This document shows, one piece after another, positions 40,342 through 53,459 of a DNA stretch of 64,000 nucleotides. Position 1 is the stretch's first letter. Each line of letters begins with the position of its first letter. The stretch spans positions 23,004,001 to 23,068,000 of the forward strand of contig NC_058368.1 of the NCBI RefSeq assembly GCF_018350175.1. The letters are read 5' to 3'. The position numbers were made by a program, and so were the translations under genes. The stretch comes from Felis catus (lineage: Eukaryota). Below the pieces are notes generated by a model that saw nothing but the letters and a program-made list of their open reading frames with translations, did not search any database and was not told where the DNA came from.

Positions 40342-40571
40342 TTTTTTTTATAAAATTTTTTTTTCCCAGCGTTTTTATTTATTTTTGGGACAGAGAGAGA
40401 CAGAGCATGAACGGGGGAGGGGCAGAGAGAGAGGGAGACACAGAATCGGAAGCAGGCTCCAGGCTCCGAGCCATCAGCCCAGAGCCCGACGCGGGGCTCG
40501 AACTCACGGACCGCGAGATCGTGACCTGGCTGAAGTTGGACGCTTAACCCACTGCGCCACCCAGGCGCCCC
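40342..40571 (-). mobile_element. Young felid CanSINE (intron 1)
   Basis: Same CpG-rich variant as at 13878; perfect TSD agttactgcattatttt. Confidence 0.97.
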
Positions 40572-42501
40572 AGTTACTGCATTATTTTGTACTTGAACTA
40601 GAGAGAGGTTTAAAAAGTGCAAAATTAATAGAAAATTACAATGTCTACAAAACAGATTTTCATTAATGTCTTTTTTGTGAACAAATCCTATAACAATACA
40701 TGAGCAGCAATACAGAAACAAAAAAAATGAAAAATTTAAGCCACTTTATAATAATTTAACTACTGTAAAAAATTATGAAATCTGAACCAGACTACTGGCA
40801 TTATATAAATTGGTACAGGCCTGGGTTAAAAAAATATATATAGGTCAGAACTAAAAAAAAAATTGGCTATAAAATGCTTTTAGTGCTGGATCACAGCTTA
40901 ATCACTTTATATCATTAAGGACAAGCAGAGTATCTGACACAAAGCAGAATATTAATATAGGCATACCTTAAACATTTTCTATTCTTTTTTTTGTTTTTTG
41001 TTTTTTGTTTTACATATTTTAAAGGTACTCATTATTCTTCAGTGTTTATTCAATCTCTACAGAAGAGAATTTTCTATTTTATGAAGTGAGATCAAAAGGT
41101 AGAGTAGTCAAAAGAAAAGCCTACACTAACAGTAACAACCAGGCATTTGTAAACAACAGCATTATCCACAACTGCTATTTACTATTAATCATAGCCTTTC
41201 CCAGAGACAGATAAAGTGGTCAAGATAGAGTTCTTCTGCCACTGGCTGAATTATGAGTTCATATTGCTCCTAATAAGAATACCAACTGTCTTCTTCAAAG
41301 TAAAAGTGTGATAGGAATGCTCTACTTGCTATAACTCATTATAAAATTAAGTGTCAAGATTGGGGGTGGGGGGAGAGCAAACTCATTCTGGACTCATTTT
41401 TGTAAAAATCTTAGATTTCAAAGTCATTCAACAAGATAATTCATATTCATGTTCAAATATGAGTAATTCCATTTAAAATGCAGAACTCTTGGTAAGAAAA
41501 TTCCAACTATATTTTTCTAAAAGCATCAAATAATTTAAATGTAGAAAGTTAAATCTTCTGTCCAAGTTTAGAATTTTTAAAGTTAGACAAAATTACTGGA
41601 AAAAAATTCCAGTTCTTGAGATGAGAGATACTTGTCTATCACGAACACATAAAAAGTGCTGTGAACCTATGCCTAGCACCAAATACACGCACAATACATC
41701 AGTAGTCACTCACATTTGATCTTGCTCCCTTATCCCACCACTCTCCTAGCTCTAGGGTCCAGGGGTGTGTGTTTTTTGCAACATTTAAATAGGTTGTTAG
41801 TAATTTGGTTTACACAATTGGTTGGTCTCTCTCAGCTGTACTAGGTGCTTTCTTGAAGGCTAGGATGCTTAGTAATTTTTAAATTCCTAATATAGTGTCT
41901 GGCCATGAAGTAGATGCTTCTGAAAACATGATCTGTACAGTTTTCAGAAAGAAAAGATCTACTGGTACCATGAAAGGTTATTTAGTCCAACACATCATTT
42001 TACAGATACATATAATGAGGCCCAGAGAAGTTAAGTGAAATTATTTGTGTAGTATCTCAGAACTAGTAAGGCCTGAATATCATCTCACTCCATGTACATC
42101 TTAGGGAAGGAAAAGCATGGGGCTATTAGGTAAACCACCTGACTAAATAGCTGAAGCAAATACACTGATAATAAGTGAAGTGACACCAGGTAATAATTGG
42201 ATAATCCTCATATCCAATCAGAAATGACTTAGCTTGAGTTTCTTCAGAATTCTGCTATCATAATTTTATTTGAACTGAGGCACACTCATATTAAGCACTA
42301 TGTGTTAACTATTGTAACAGTAGTATTGTATTTATTATGTTGAAAATTAATACGATTTTTCTGTTGCTCATCAAATACAGAAAGTATTAAAATCCTATGC
42401 ACACAAAGCAAAAACAACAAAGGAAAATAAGTCAGGCTTACCAGCATATAGACATTTCAAAATAAATAGAAAAGGCAAGATATTAATTATAAAAATGAAA
42501 C

Positions 42502-42683
42502 CTGAGGCACCTGGGTGGCTCAGCTGGTTAAGCATCTGACTCTTAGTTTTGGCTCAGGTTGTGATCTTATGGTTCATGAGTTTGAGCCCCATATCAGGCT
42601 CTGTGCTCACAGTGCAGAGCCTGCTTGGGATTCTCTGTCTCCCTCTCTCTCTCTCAAAAATAAATAATTTTTTTTTTTTTTTA
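42502..42683 (+). mobile_element. CanSINE
   Basis: gcacctgggtggctcag head, (CT)n, tail. Confidence 0.88.
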
Positions 42684-43776
42684 AATGGAACCTAAGTAGA
42701 GTAATAAAGCCACAAAGCAAAACCAGAAAGCCGGTAGGGAGTGAGTTGTCTCTAAAATAACTCATGAAGGAGACAGTTTTAGAACTTTATAGAGGGAAAC
42801 CAGAAGATGCCTCATCTATCTTTCTAGGCCATCCTGTCTGACCTTAAAACTAATGCTAATATGGGGCACCTGGCTGGCTCAGTTGGAAAAGCATGGGACT
42901 CTTGACCTGGAGGTCATGAGTTTGAGCTCTATGTTAGGTGTAAAGATTACTTTAAAAAATGGTGCTGATAATAATGCAGATAATAATGGTTTCCATTATT
43001 AGCTATTATTACCATAAAATCCATTTTTAATCTTTAAAAAGCTACCAAGACAGCAGAGTTAAAAGTCCTATTATTGATTTCCAGTTAAATTGTCATGTTT
43101 ACTTCTTCCTGAAAGCTCAACAGAGTAATAATAAAGGGATAAGCAAATTAATAAACTGTAAGCCAGAGAATGGAAATGAATGACATTAAACAAATTATGT
43201 CAATAAAAATTTTGAAAGCCAAAAGCATACAGACAAAAATCCCAAACTTCTAGAGAGGAAAAAAAAAATTGGTCATGTATAAGGAACCAGGAATCAGAAT
43301 GGCATCAGTCCAGAAGTTAAATGAATCAATGCCATCAAAACAGTGAAAGAAATTTGCTAACTTAGATTTTTATACCCAAATAAATTACCAATTGTCAATT
43401 AAATGTGAGGATAAAGATTCTCAGACAAGCAAAGTTTTTTAAAAAACTGATTTCAGACACTTTTTCTCAGATTCATACAACTGCAGATCCAACACAGAAT
43501 AAAGACAAAGGCAATTCAATTCTAAGATAATAATTACTCTTGGACATCTGTATAGCAACATGCTTAGAGTACAACCAGTTGGGATGGCAAAAGTGAAGAA
43601 TGACAAGTGGAATACCACCAAGAAAAACAGAAAACTCGATGAGTTACCTAGTAAGTCTGTAAATACAGACAGGCAGGACCTGCTTGTCAGAGTCTGAAGA
43701 TGAATTAACAATAAATACATAGAAAATTAAGCAACTCTCCTTGGCCCAAGAAACAATGATTAAATCTAAGAAAAAT

Positions 43777-43990
43777 GGGGTGCCTGGGTGGCTCAGTTGG
43801 TTAAGTGCCTGACTTCAGCTTAGGTCACAATCCTGCAGTTCATGAGTTCTAGCCCCGCATTGGGCTCTGTGTTAACAGCTCAGAGTCTGGAGCCTGCTTC
43901 AGATTCTGTGTCTCCCTCTCTCTCTGCCCCTTCCCCACTCATGCTCTGTCTTTCTCGCTGTCTCTCTCTCAAAAATAAACATTTTTTTAA
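43777..43990 (+). mobile_element. CanSINE
   Basis: Canonical head and tail. Confidence 0.92.
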
Positions 43991-44278
43991 ACTCTAGGGA
44001 TAATAAAAAGGTTTTGTATGAGAAAAGAAATAGAATAAAGCTACATTATTCAGGTGTAAATGATGTTTATGTCAATTACAATAAAAGGAAAGAATATCAA
44101 TTTAACCAGAAATTACTATAAATATACCTTAAGAATAGACTATGTTTGTAATATGTTAATATATAGAAAAGGCTAAATATTCACTTTCCATATAGGGAAG
44201 CCAGTAGATGATAAGCTAAAACTGCAAAAAATACAAACAAAACAAAAACTATGAACAGCAGCATAAGCAAATATGGAG

Positions 44279-44833
44279 AGTAGTTTTCCAAATGTGGTCC
44301 AGGGACACTTTTAGGGGTTCCACAAGGTCAAAACTATTCTCATAAAAAAACTAAGACACTGTTTTTTTTTTTTCATTCTCACTCTCTGACTAGTGTATAG
44401 TCAACTTTTCCAGAAGCTGAATGTGTGATAGCACAATAAGCTGACCACAAAAGCTGATGTGAGAATCAGCTATTATTAATAGTCTTCTACTAAGTTATTC
44501 AGTAGAGTATTGAAAAAATGTAAAAGTGTTACCCTTCTTAAAAATTTCTGGTTATTTTACACTATAACCAGTTTACACTGTAACCAGCTGACTTGAATAT
44601 AAATTTAAAAAGTTTTTCTGGTTATTTGGAAAAGTTCAGTATTCATAAAATTGTCATTTATGGTAATGTTTTATAGGTTTATTATTGTTATTTTAAGTTA
44701 ATAATATTGTCTTAATTCCTAATATAGTAAATATCAATAGATATAAACTGCATTAATCAAAAACTCTTTGGGATCCTCAACAATTTTTAAGAGTACAAAA
44801 GGGTCCTGAGACCAGAAAGTTTGAGAACCACTA
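44279..44833. mobile_element. hAT-Charlie (Charlie1-like) internally deleted DNA transposon
   Basis: Ends agtagttttccaaa... / ...tttgagaaccact form degenerate TIRs; internal aggtcaaaactattctcataa and gggtcctgagacc. Confidence 0.7.
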
Positions 44834-47100
44834 ATTTATAGAAACACGGAGCTAGGATCATCGTATACGGCTGGGCAGATTGTTCTGAGTACAAGGATAC
44901 AGGGCCAAGGAGATCAGTGAAGCCAGAATCCAGTCTGTGCTCTGCTCACCAAAACCGCAGAGGGCAGCCTTTTCTAATTTTCAGAAAGGCAGAGTGTAGC
45001 CTAGTGGCCACTCTGATAACAAAAGACCGTAAGAAGCCAGAGTGAACCCAATTGCCTCAAATTAATCTTCAAAGATAGAAATTAGAATAGTGGTTGCCTC
45101 TAAGGGGAGAGAAGGAGACTCTACAAGGACATGGGAACTTTGTGAGTTGACAGCAACATTCTATCTTGATTGGGTTGTTATTCAGGTGCGTATGTTTAAA
45201 CTTATGTAACTGTACACTCAAAATTTGCATTGTAATGAATATAATTATAGTGTGATTTTTAAAAAGTGGGTTCCTCTGGGATAGGGCAGGATTATTTGCA
45301 TTTTAAAATAAAGTATTACTTGGTAAAACCCAAAATTAAATTTATAAAACTCTATTAACATCCTTCATGTGATGGAAAATACCCACTTTCGCAGGAAAAT
45401 GAATACAACTACCGAAGGCTAAGGGTTTTATGTTATAGAAAGGAATCCTCATCAGAATCCTTGGAGAGCATGATTTAATAACAATATTGTTATGTAACTG
45501 ACATGTGACATAGAGATAAACAATAACAGTAAACACAAGAAGTAATGTTCCAGAACAAGAATGATGAGGAAGAAAAGTGGGTCTTTATTTTAATAGATAG
45601 GGATGAAGGAAATACCTTAACATTTAAGTTTCTATGTAGCAGGTATTGTTAATTTCATCCCAACAACTCTCTAGAAGGCCAGTGTCACCACACTATCCTA
45701 CTAACGAGGGAACTGAGTCTTGGGGAGGTTTCCTGACTTGTGCAAGTTACCAGATCCAGATTACATTAACATTTGCCAGTAGGATCTCACCCTATCTGAA
45801 AATGGCTTTAGGTGTGGGGCACTGGTCTATAAAAAAACAAAACAAAACTGAAATTAGTAACTGCCCTGCTTCGTTAACTTTACTTCTATCTTTAAATCTT
45901 CTACTTCTAGAAATCTTTAAGGTAAGTTTCCTTAAAACAAGTGACATGTGCAAAGTGGAATCAAAGCAAACAGGAAAACTAGACAGATGCTACATCTGGT
46001 CTCACATCACATAGCTATTTAATAATCTGAGGAATGCCAAACCTTGTGACAGCTGTAGTTATAAGTGACAGTAATGGTAGCAGTAATAACAGCAGCTAAT
46101 GTCTATGGAGTCTTACTCTCACTCTATTCCAGGCACAGTGATAAACTTTTTACAGATTATCATACTCCCCATTTTGCAGAAGAAGAAATGAGACATAGAG
46201 AGCTGAGTATCACAGTAAGGGCTAGTAGAGATAGGACTTAAATCCTAAAGTAGAACTGCCTAGTCTGATTTCTCAGTTACTAGACTCAACGGCTTCCTGA
46301 TCTGTACCCCTTTACTGAGTGAGGATACTGGGGCAAAAGGGAGAAACTGGTTGATTTTCCCCTCAACCATTTAAAAATGTGAAAGTAATTCCTAGCTCAT
46401 GAGCCATATGAAAACAGGCAGCAGGCCACATTTGAACACATGGGCCATAATTTGCCAGCCCTGCTCTCTACTATAAAGGAGACTAAAATAGTGGCCCATG
46501 TCAAGCTGTCAATTCTTGCCTGAAATTCCTGTATTAATTAGTTGTTAATATTTAAAACTCAGGTTTCAAATAAAAACCCTGATTCTACCTTGCCTTTAAA
46601 AACTGGAGAATCAAACAACACTGGATCCTTTTTTTTTTTTAAATGAAAATGAAGAATATTCTAACTTGTTTAATAGGTAAAAAGCCCAGCTTCACTAATT
46701 TATCTGCTTGGGTCCAGGAGGCGTTGGGTTTGTGATCTCTGCTTAAAGAGTCTATCATTGCCCCAGCTAATACTGATGTCTCGCTTGGGAAATGTTCTTG
46801 GCACTAAAATGAAAGCAAGGAAAAAATAAATTGAAGACGAAAGCTACAAAATAAAAGATAAAACTGATAGAAGAGTGTATATAGCAGAACAGAAATACTA
46901 AAGGTTGGCTGAGAAAATGAATTTTAAGAGGAACACATTTTTTTTCCCAACACAAAGCTGGGTCTTCTTTTGGACACTACAGTGATCCAACTAATTTATT
47001 TAACAATGCAACTCACCTTTTGGGGCTTTGTATTAAATAATTTTAAACATAATAATCATATTTAAAGCAGCGTAAACAATTCAAGATTTAGGCTTTAATC

Positions 47101-47327
47101 CTTTTTTTTTTTTAATTTTTTTTTCAACATTTATTTATTTTTGGGACAGAGAGAGACAGAGCATGAACAGGGGAGGGGCAGAGAGAGAGGGAGACACAGA
47201 ATCGGAAGCAGGCTCCAGGCTCCGAGCCATCAGCCCAGAGCCCGACGCGGGGCTCGAACCCACGGACCGCGAGATCGTGACCTGGCTGAAGTCGGACGCT
47301 TAACCGACTGCGCCACCCAGGCGCCCC
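47101..47327 (-). mobile_element. Young felid CanSINE (intron 1)
   Basis: CpG-rich variant; TSD aggctttaatc (47090-47100 / 47328-47338). Confidence 0.97.
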
Positions 47328-47364
47328 AGGCTTTAATCTTAATACGTTCTGCAAAACAGACAAA

Positions 47365-47555
47365 TTTTTTTTAAAATGTTTATTTTTGAGAGAGAGAGAC
47401 AGACAGCAGGGAAGGGGCAGAGACAGGGAGACAGAGAATCTGAAGCAAGCTCCACACTGACAGCAGAGAGCCCCATAAGGGCTTGAACCCTGGAACTGTG
47501 AGATCATGACCTGAGCCAAAGTCGGACACTTAACTGACTAAGCCACTTAGGTGTT
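47365..47555 (-). mobile_element. CanSINE
   Basis: Reverse SINE; approximate TSD aaacagacaaa. Confidence 0.9.
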
Positions 47556-47592
47556 TTGGGAAACAGACAAACTTTTAAAAATAATTTTGGCC

Positions 47593-47805
47593 GGGGGTTG
47601 TCTGGATGGCTCAGTTGGTTAAAGTCTGACTCTTTGATTTCACCTCCAGTCATGATCTCAGTATTCCTGAGACAGAGCCCCAGTCGGGCTGACAGCTCGG
47701 AGTCTGTTTGAGATTCTATCTCACATTCTCTCTTTCTGCCCTGCCCTCTCCCACTTGAGCCCACATGCACCTATACCCATGAGAGTTCTTTCTCAAATAG
47801 AAAAT
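47593..47805 (+). mobile_element. Older CanSINE
   Basis: ggatggctcagttggttaa head; diverged body. Confidence 0.8.
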
Positions 47806-48013
47806 AATAATGTTGGCATTAAAACAAACTTTCAAATATACAAAAACCCATCAAGACTTCATTTCCTAAAGTATGAAATTCAACTATGCCAAAAAGGTTT
47901 ATGCAAATATTTTTAAATCTCCAATATCTAACACCATAATTAGTGTCAACTTTCAAATAAAGTTCCTAGATATTTAACAAAAATGTTCAGGCATTTACAC
48001 AAATTTTATTTCA

Positions 48014-48031
48014 ACATTAATTTCTCTTCTG

Positions 48032-48075
<44 letters not shown>
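48014..48075. repeat. (CA)n microsatellite
   Basis: Long perfect AC run in ITM2B intron 1. Confidence 0.95.
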
Positions 48076-48078
<3 letters not shown>

Positions 48079-50101
48079 ATCTAAGTCCTATAATTACTGT
48101 GGGAACCTTATCAACATTAAAAGATAATACATTAAGTGAAAAATCAGAATATCCTTCTTATCATATAAAAAAGAATACTTTTTTCATTTCTATAACTCAA
48201 GATTAAAATTCTTCTGCATAAGAATAAAGCCTATGTTCATTCTTTCCTGATTTTTCCCCAAGTGACAGAATTATAGAAATACTTCATAAAATTGTTTTTC
48301 CCCTCAAATCAATTAAAGAGCTTAAAAAAAAAATCTTCAACTGTTTAAAATAATTTTGTTCATTCACTTGCTGGTAACACATAAAAGAGGATTATATTGT
48401 AGATATCTTTAAAGCTATTAAGAATATGTATCATAAATAGTAATTAAAGGGGATAATCACAACTAAATGATTTTTTAATGATGTTCTTTGGGTCATATCT
48501 GTACTAAAATTTCTAAACTTTTAGCCATCTACCCTGTAAAAGACATTCATTGTTAAGTTTTGTGCAAAGAAAATAAGAGAGCCAGGAAATAACTCTGCAC
48601 ATAAGCTTCTTGAAAACCTAGTTCCAGTGTGACTGTTTTCTATATCATTTGGACAAAAACCACCTGAGAAAGTCAGAACTGTCAAATCCTGTATTAAAAC
48701 AGGCAGGAGTTATGACCCGAAAAAGCCTTTTGATGGCAAATTCCTTAACTCCTCAGTCTAAGCTCTAATAAGAATTGCCAAGTTTACCTAAAAGGTACCT
48801 ACAGTTTACCTAAAAGGTTTAAGAGGATGAATTCACCAATTCTGTATTTGAAAAGACATAAATATTTTCTGGATCTTCCTCTATTGACACTATGATATAC
48901 AAAGCAGTCCAAGTAGCTTTAGTTATAATATGAATTCAAAAGTATTTCCTTTTGGAAAAAGAAAATGCCTTTAAATAGGCACTCTAGATATTAAGTTATG
49001 ATATGATAGAAAAGGAGAAATAAAATGTCCCAGAATTACTACTTACTACATTTTTCAATGAACATTTAGTTTAAAGCACATCAAGCTTTAGTAATATATA
49101 ATGAAAACTTTATAAGTTAAATTCTAAATCAACTATAACTAAGCCTGTGCCATGAGTTCTAAAAGATATTTCTGGTTTAAAAAAACGCTTATATTCACTT
49201 ATATGGCAGAGCTGAATTCTACAACATCTGATGCGCTTATTTTGCTACGGATGATACACTTGCTTCTGTTTAGTACAGACAAAATATGTTTAAGGTGACA
49301 CTGTGAAGACCCCAGGCAGGTAATTTGTCCTCCAAATGCACAATATGCAACCTTGTCCACCCTCTGCAGTAGCAGCAGCAACCCCAGAGGCATGTGGAAG
49401 GAGGGGTCAGGTCCTGCCAAGTCATGTGGTATGCACAGGGGACACTTAATTTATCTCCCAATATTAAACCCTCACACTTCAACTATCGATAAATACCCTC
49501 TTGGAGAACCAAAATGTTAAGGACTATAAATTTTTTACTGGCCACTGTTTACAAGCACTAAATTACACAACTAGGTAATGATATGTAGATTCTTTAAAAA
49601 CAACCAAGCTCCCAATCTCTTCTTTAAAGGTCAACACATTTCAGTAAATGTCATATATTTTATGTTCCTCCTTCCCCTTCATCCGCACCAAAAAAACAAA
49701 AACCAACCACCACCACCACCACAAAGCTAAATTACTGAACCCATTAGTCCTATTTATTCAAACAGGAAACACCAGAAAGTGTAAAGAACTAAGTCCAAAT
49801 AGCCATTCTGTAATGGGTAACTCAGAACTTAACTGGGGTAGTGGTCCTGTACTTTTTCTCCCACTTCCATCCTGCCCCATCTTCTCTCCCACACAAGGAG
49901 TTTCCTTTTCTCTCCCTTTTACGTCTACAACTACAATGCAGGGCAGAAGAGAGGCAATGCTATTTTTCAGCAGTACAGCGGCAGGAATACCTATGAAGCA
50001 AATTTAAGCTTTCTGAGTTTTGATATTGGGAAAGGTGTTTCATAATTAGGCATTACCAAAAAAGCTGTTAACAACTACTGCTCTAAAATGAGGGAACCCA
50101 A

Positions 50102-50330
50102 AGGGCGCCTGGGTGGCTCAGTTGGTTGAGTGTCTGACTCTTGATTTCTGCTCAGGTCATGATCACAGCGTCCTAGGATTGAGCCCAGCATCCGGCTCTA
50201 AGCTGAGAGTGGAGCCTGCTTAAGATTCTCCCTCGCGCGTTCTCTCGTTCTCTCTCTCTCTCTCTCTCTCTGCCCCCTCCCTTGCTCATGTGGGTGCACT
50301 CTCTTGGTGAGGTAACCCAAAATAAAAAAT
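50102..50330 (+). mobile_element. CanSINE
   Basis: gggcgcctgggtggctcagttggttgag head, (CT)n. Confidence 0.88.
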
Positions 50331-50901
50331 TGGTTTATTACATAAAACCTTGGTCCATTTCTTTTCTCTTTGACCCACTGCAACTTAATACGAAGATAAC
50401 ATGCTAAACATGGGGAAGAAGAAAGGGCACGGTCTGGTTAGGGTGAGGAGGTAGTTGTTATTTTTCACAATTAAAACAATTTAATTCCTGCCAAATATAA
50501 TTATGTAATCCTAACATCTTCATCAAATTGTAAAACTGGAAGAGTCCTTATAGACCATGTGGCTGTACCCGCTCATCAAACAGATAAAGAAAATGAAAAA
50601 CTTAAGCCCAAGCTCAGTTATGTAAAGACAAAACTGGGACTTCTGACCCAGTACATTATTTTCTTTCATATCTGCAAATATATAACAGTTTTCCAAGGCT
50701 CAAAGTTATAGACACAAATGTAAGTGAATGAATTGCTGCACCTAACATAAAACATGCATGGGATTTCAAATTCACCTGTTACACAGAACAGAGGTCATAC
50801 TCTGCTATTTCTGTATCTTTATCTCTGAGCTTTGTGACAGTTGTGACAGGCAGAGGAAGGTGAAAAATTAAAGGGAAAATGTAGTGAAAGAATAGTAAAT
50901 A

Positions 50902-51066
50902 GGGGCGCCTGGGTGGCTCAGTTGGCTGAGCATCTGACTTCAGTTCAGGTCATGATCTCGTGGCCCGTCGGTTTGAGCCCTGCGTTGGGCTCTGTGCTGA
51001 CAGCTGAGAGCCTGGAGCCTGCTTCGGATTGTGTCTCCCTCTCTCTCTGCCCCTCCCCCACTCATG

Positions 51067-51111
<45 letters not shown>

Positions 51112-51128
51112 AAAAATAAATAAACATT
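50902..51128 (+). mobile_element. CanSINE with long (CT)n
   Basis: Canonical; TSD aagaatagtaaat. Confidence 0.94.
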
Positions 51129-53459
51129 AAGAATAGTAAATGGCGAGCTAGTTGAGATAATCAGTAGACATGGCTGTTGGGAGTTGACAGCTACTGCAAA
51201 GACAAGACTGAAAAATGGGGCAATGGAACCTGCAATAAGAGCTAAAGAAACAGCAAAAGACAGAAGCAACATTAAAGTACTGGAATGTGTGTTACATAAG
51301 ACAGATGACTGGAGTGATCAGAATTCTTGGTGGTAGAGATCAGAATTCTTTGGTAGATTCTAACCAACAGAATCTGCATTTTTTAACCAGAATCCAAAAT
51401 GACATCAGGGCAGGTGACCCTTAACTGTACATTTTGAGAAACAAATGTCTTTTGGACATTGAGGTCCAGGAGGGTTTAAAGGTATTAAAAATGTCTTGTT
51501 CAGGAGTTCTGGTCCATAATTAGCTTTACTTGATTCTCTCAACCAACCAGGCAGGCAAGGAAATGCTCCGGGGGGGAAAAAAGGAAGGCTGATTCGGTGC
51601 AGAATCTGGGCAGTCAAACCAGTGGTTACTGGTAAAGTCACCCCAAGGAGCTAGAGCACATTATGTAATCACAGCCCAAGCTAAGATGCAGATCAGAAGT
51701 TCCTTCACAACGTCTATTACTAAGCAAAGTCTTCATTTACCGTTAAGCGACTGATTATACGGGTTCTACTTTTAATGTAGAGCAATATTTTGTCACTCAC
51801 TGAAGGAAAGAAGTCTTTGAGCTTATTGCTAGAAAAAGAATTAGTCATTTTTTTATCTGCCTATTCATCCATGACTGCTGTGTGGTTACAAAGGAATACT
51901 CTGGCCCTCACAGCTTAGTTCAAGTATTTCTATTTAGATATAGGATCTAAGAAAATAGAAAGCAAACAGAAAAAGAAAATAGAAAACAAAGCACAGAGCT
52001 ACCAATGGCTACTTTTTCACAACTGCTGGGAAAACAAAATTAGCGTATGGTGAAACTGCGAGAAATTCTGAAAATCTGAAAACAAAGTTAACATTTCAGA
52101 AATGACAGAAAATGTTAAAAGTCAGATTTAAAGCTGCCTAGCAAATTAATTCTGTCGTTCATCCAGAGTTTCAAATCTCCTTCAGTACAGAGAAACAGAG
52201 AAAAGCTCTCTGAAGTGACATCATCTGATGCTTTCTCCCTCCCTTTTTTTAAACGGGAGGAATTATATTTATTTATAGGATTTTTTAAAAGATACATAAT
52301 ACCATTAAAATCTCTATATGTATCTGAGACTGTGACTGTTATGACAGGGCACTTGACAATCTATTTTAGGTGCAATGAATGTTAAATAAACACAGAGCTA
52401 GGATAATAATTTGCTACTGGAATTATCCTCTGTGCATTCCAAACATTTTCTTTTAAGACCAAGACTGTTTGCAATGGATTCAGAAAAACAATACCAATAC
52501 CAAAACTCTTAATCCTTTTAGGGAATCAGTTCACTGTTCCTATTTCAAGGCAAGGCAGTCATTTAAAAATCAACCCCTGATGTTTTTGTTTTTAACTAGA
52601 ACATTCCCAAAAAATAAGTACAGGCACATCCAGCTTCACATAATCTCAAATTTTTTATAGTATGTCAGTGCCATATTTTTCAATAGTAACTTTCACTAAA
52701 CCATAAAAAAAAAAAATAACTTATTACTCACACCTGCACACAATTATTGTTTTTTAAGTAAAAACTAAGTGTGCCCTACTGATAACACGTCTTGAAAAAT
52801 GCTAAGGAAAAAGTAAGTTGTGCAGCATAAATAACTTCTACAGCTAATTTCTACCTAGAGGACTGAATTTTTGCAGCCCAAAGATCTCGTAGAAAATAGG
52901 CTAGGAGTCTTTCCTTTTTAACTTGAGACAATTACAATCATATTCTAAATGAATTATTATTGTAAGCCGCTAAAAGCTACCACAATTATGGTCCCACTCC
53001 TGATTTTTAATTAGGACTAAAAGGGGGAGTTTGCGAAATAAAGGAGAATTTTATAAGGGACTTGGACAAGTTTCTCCCGTTTAGTTTCACTTAGCGTAAG
53101 GGGTCCTCATAAAGACGCTTATATAATTGAAAAACCAGTTGTCGGTTTGACGCTAACATGTACACAATAATTACGGATCTTTACCGGGAATATTTGTTTT
53201 AACTATAAAATCAGTAGCCAAAGGCTACTCTGAAAAGATCGTCATTTCGCTTCCTTCCGTCACCCGTTCCTCAGCACCCCCTCTCCAGACCCCAAAGTGA
53301 AGTTCACCTGCCAATACCGAAGGGCCGTGGAAAAAGGAGGTAAAGAAAATGCTTTTAAAATTAAGAGACTTACAGCAGCTGGACTTAGTCCAAGTGCTGT
53401 TCAGCCTGGAAACGAAAGTAGGAAGCAACAGAGGTTTAGGCTTGTAATGATGTCAGCCA

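Noticed and set aside
48781..48817. Short direct duplication agtttacctaaaaggt x2 (similar ones near 12249, 23514, 44557, 51317, 60453)
   Set aside because: Ordinary slippage duplications with two units and no unique spacers; not CRISPR-like.
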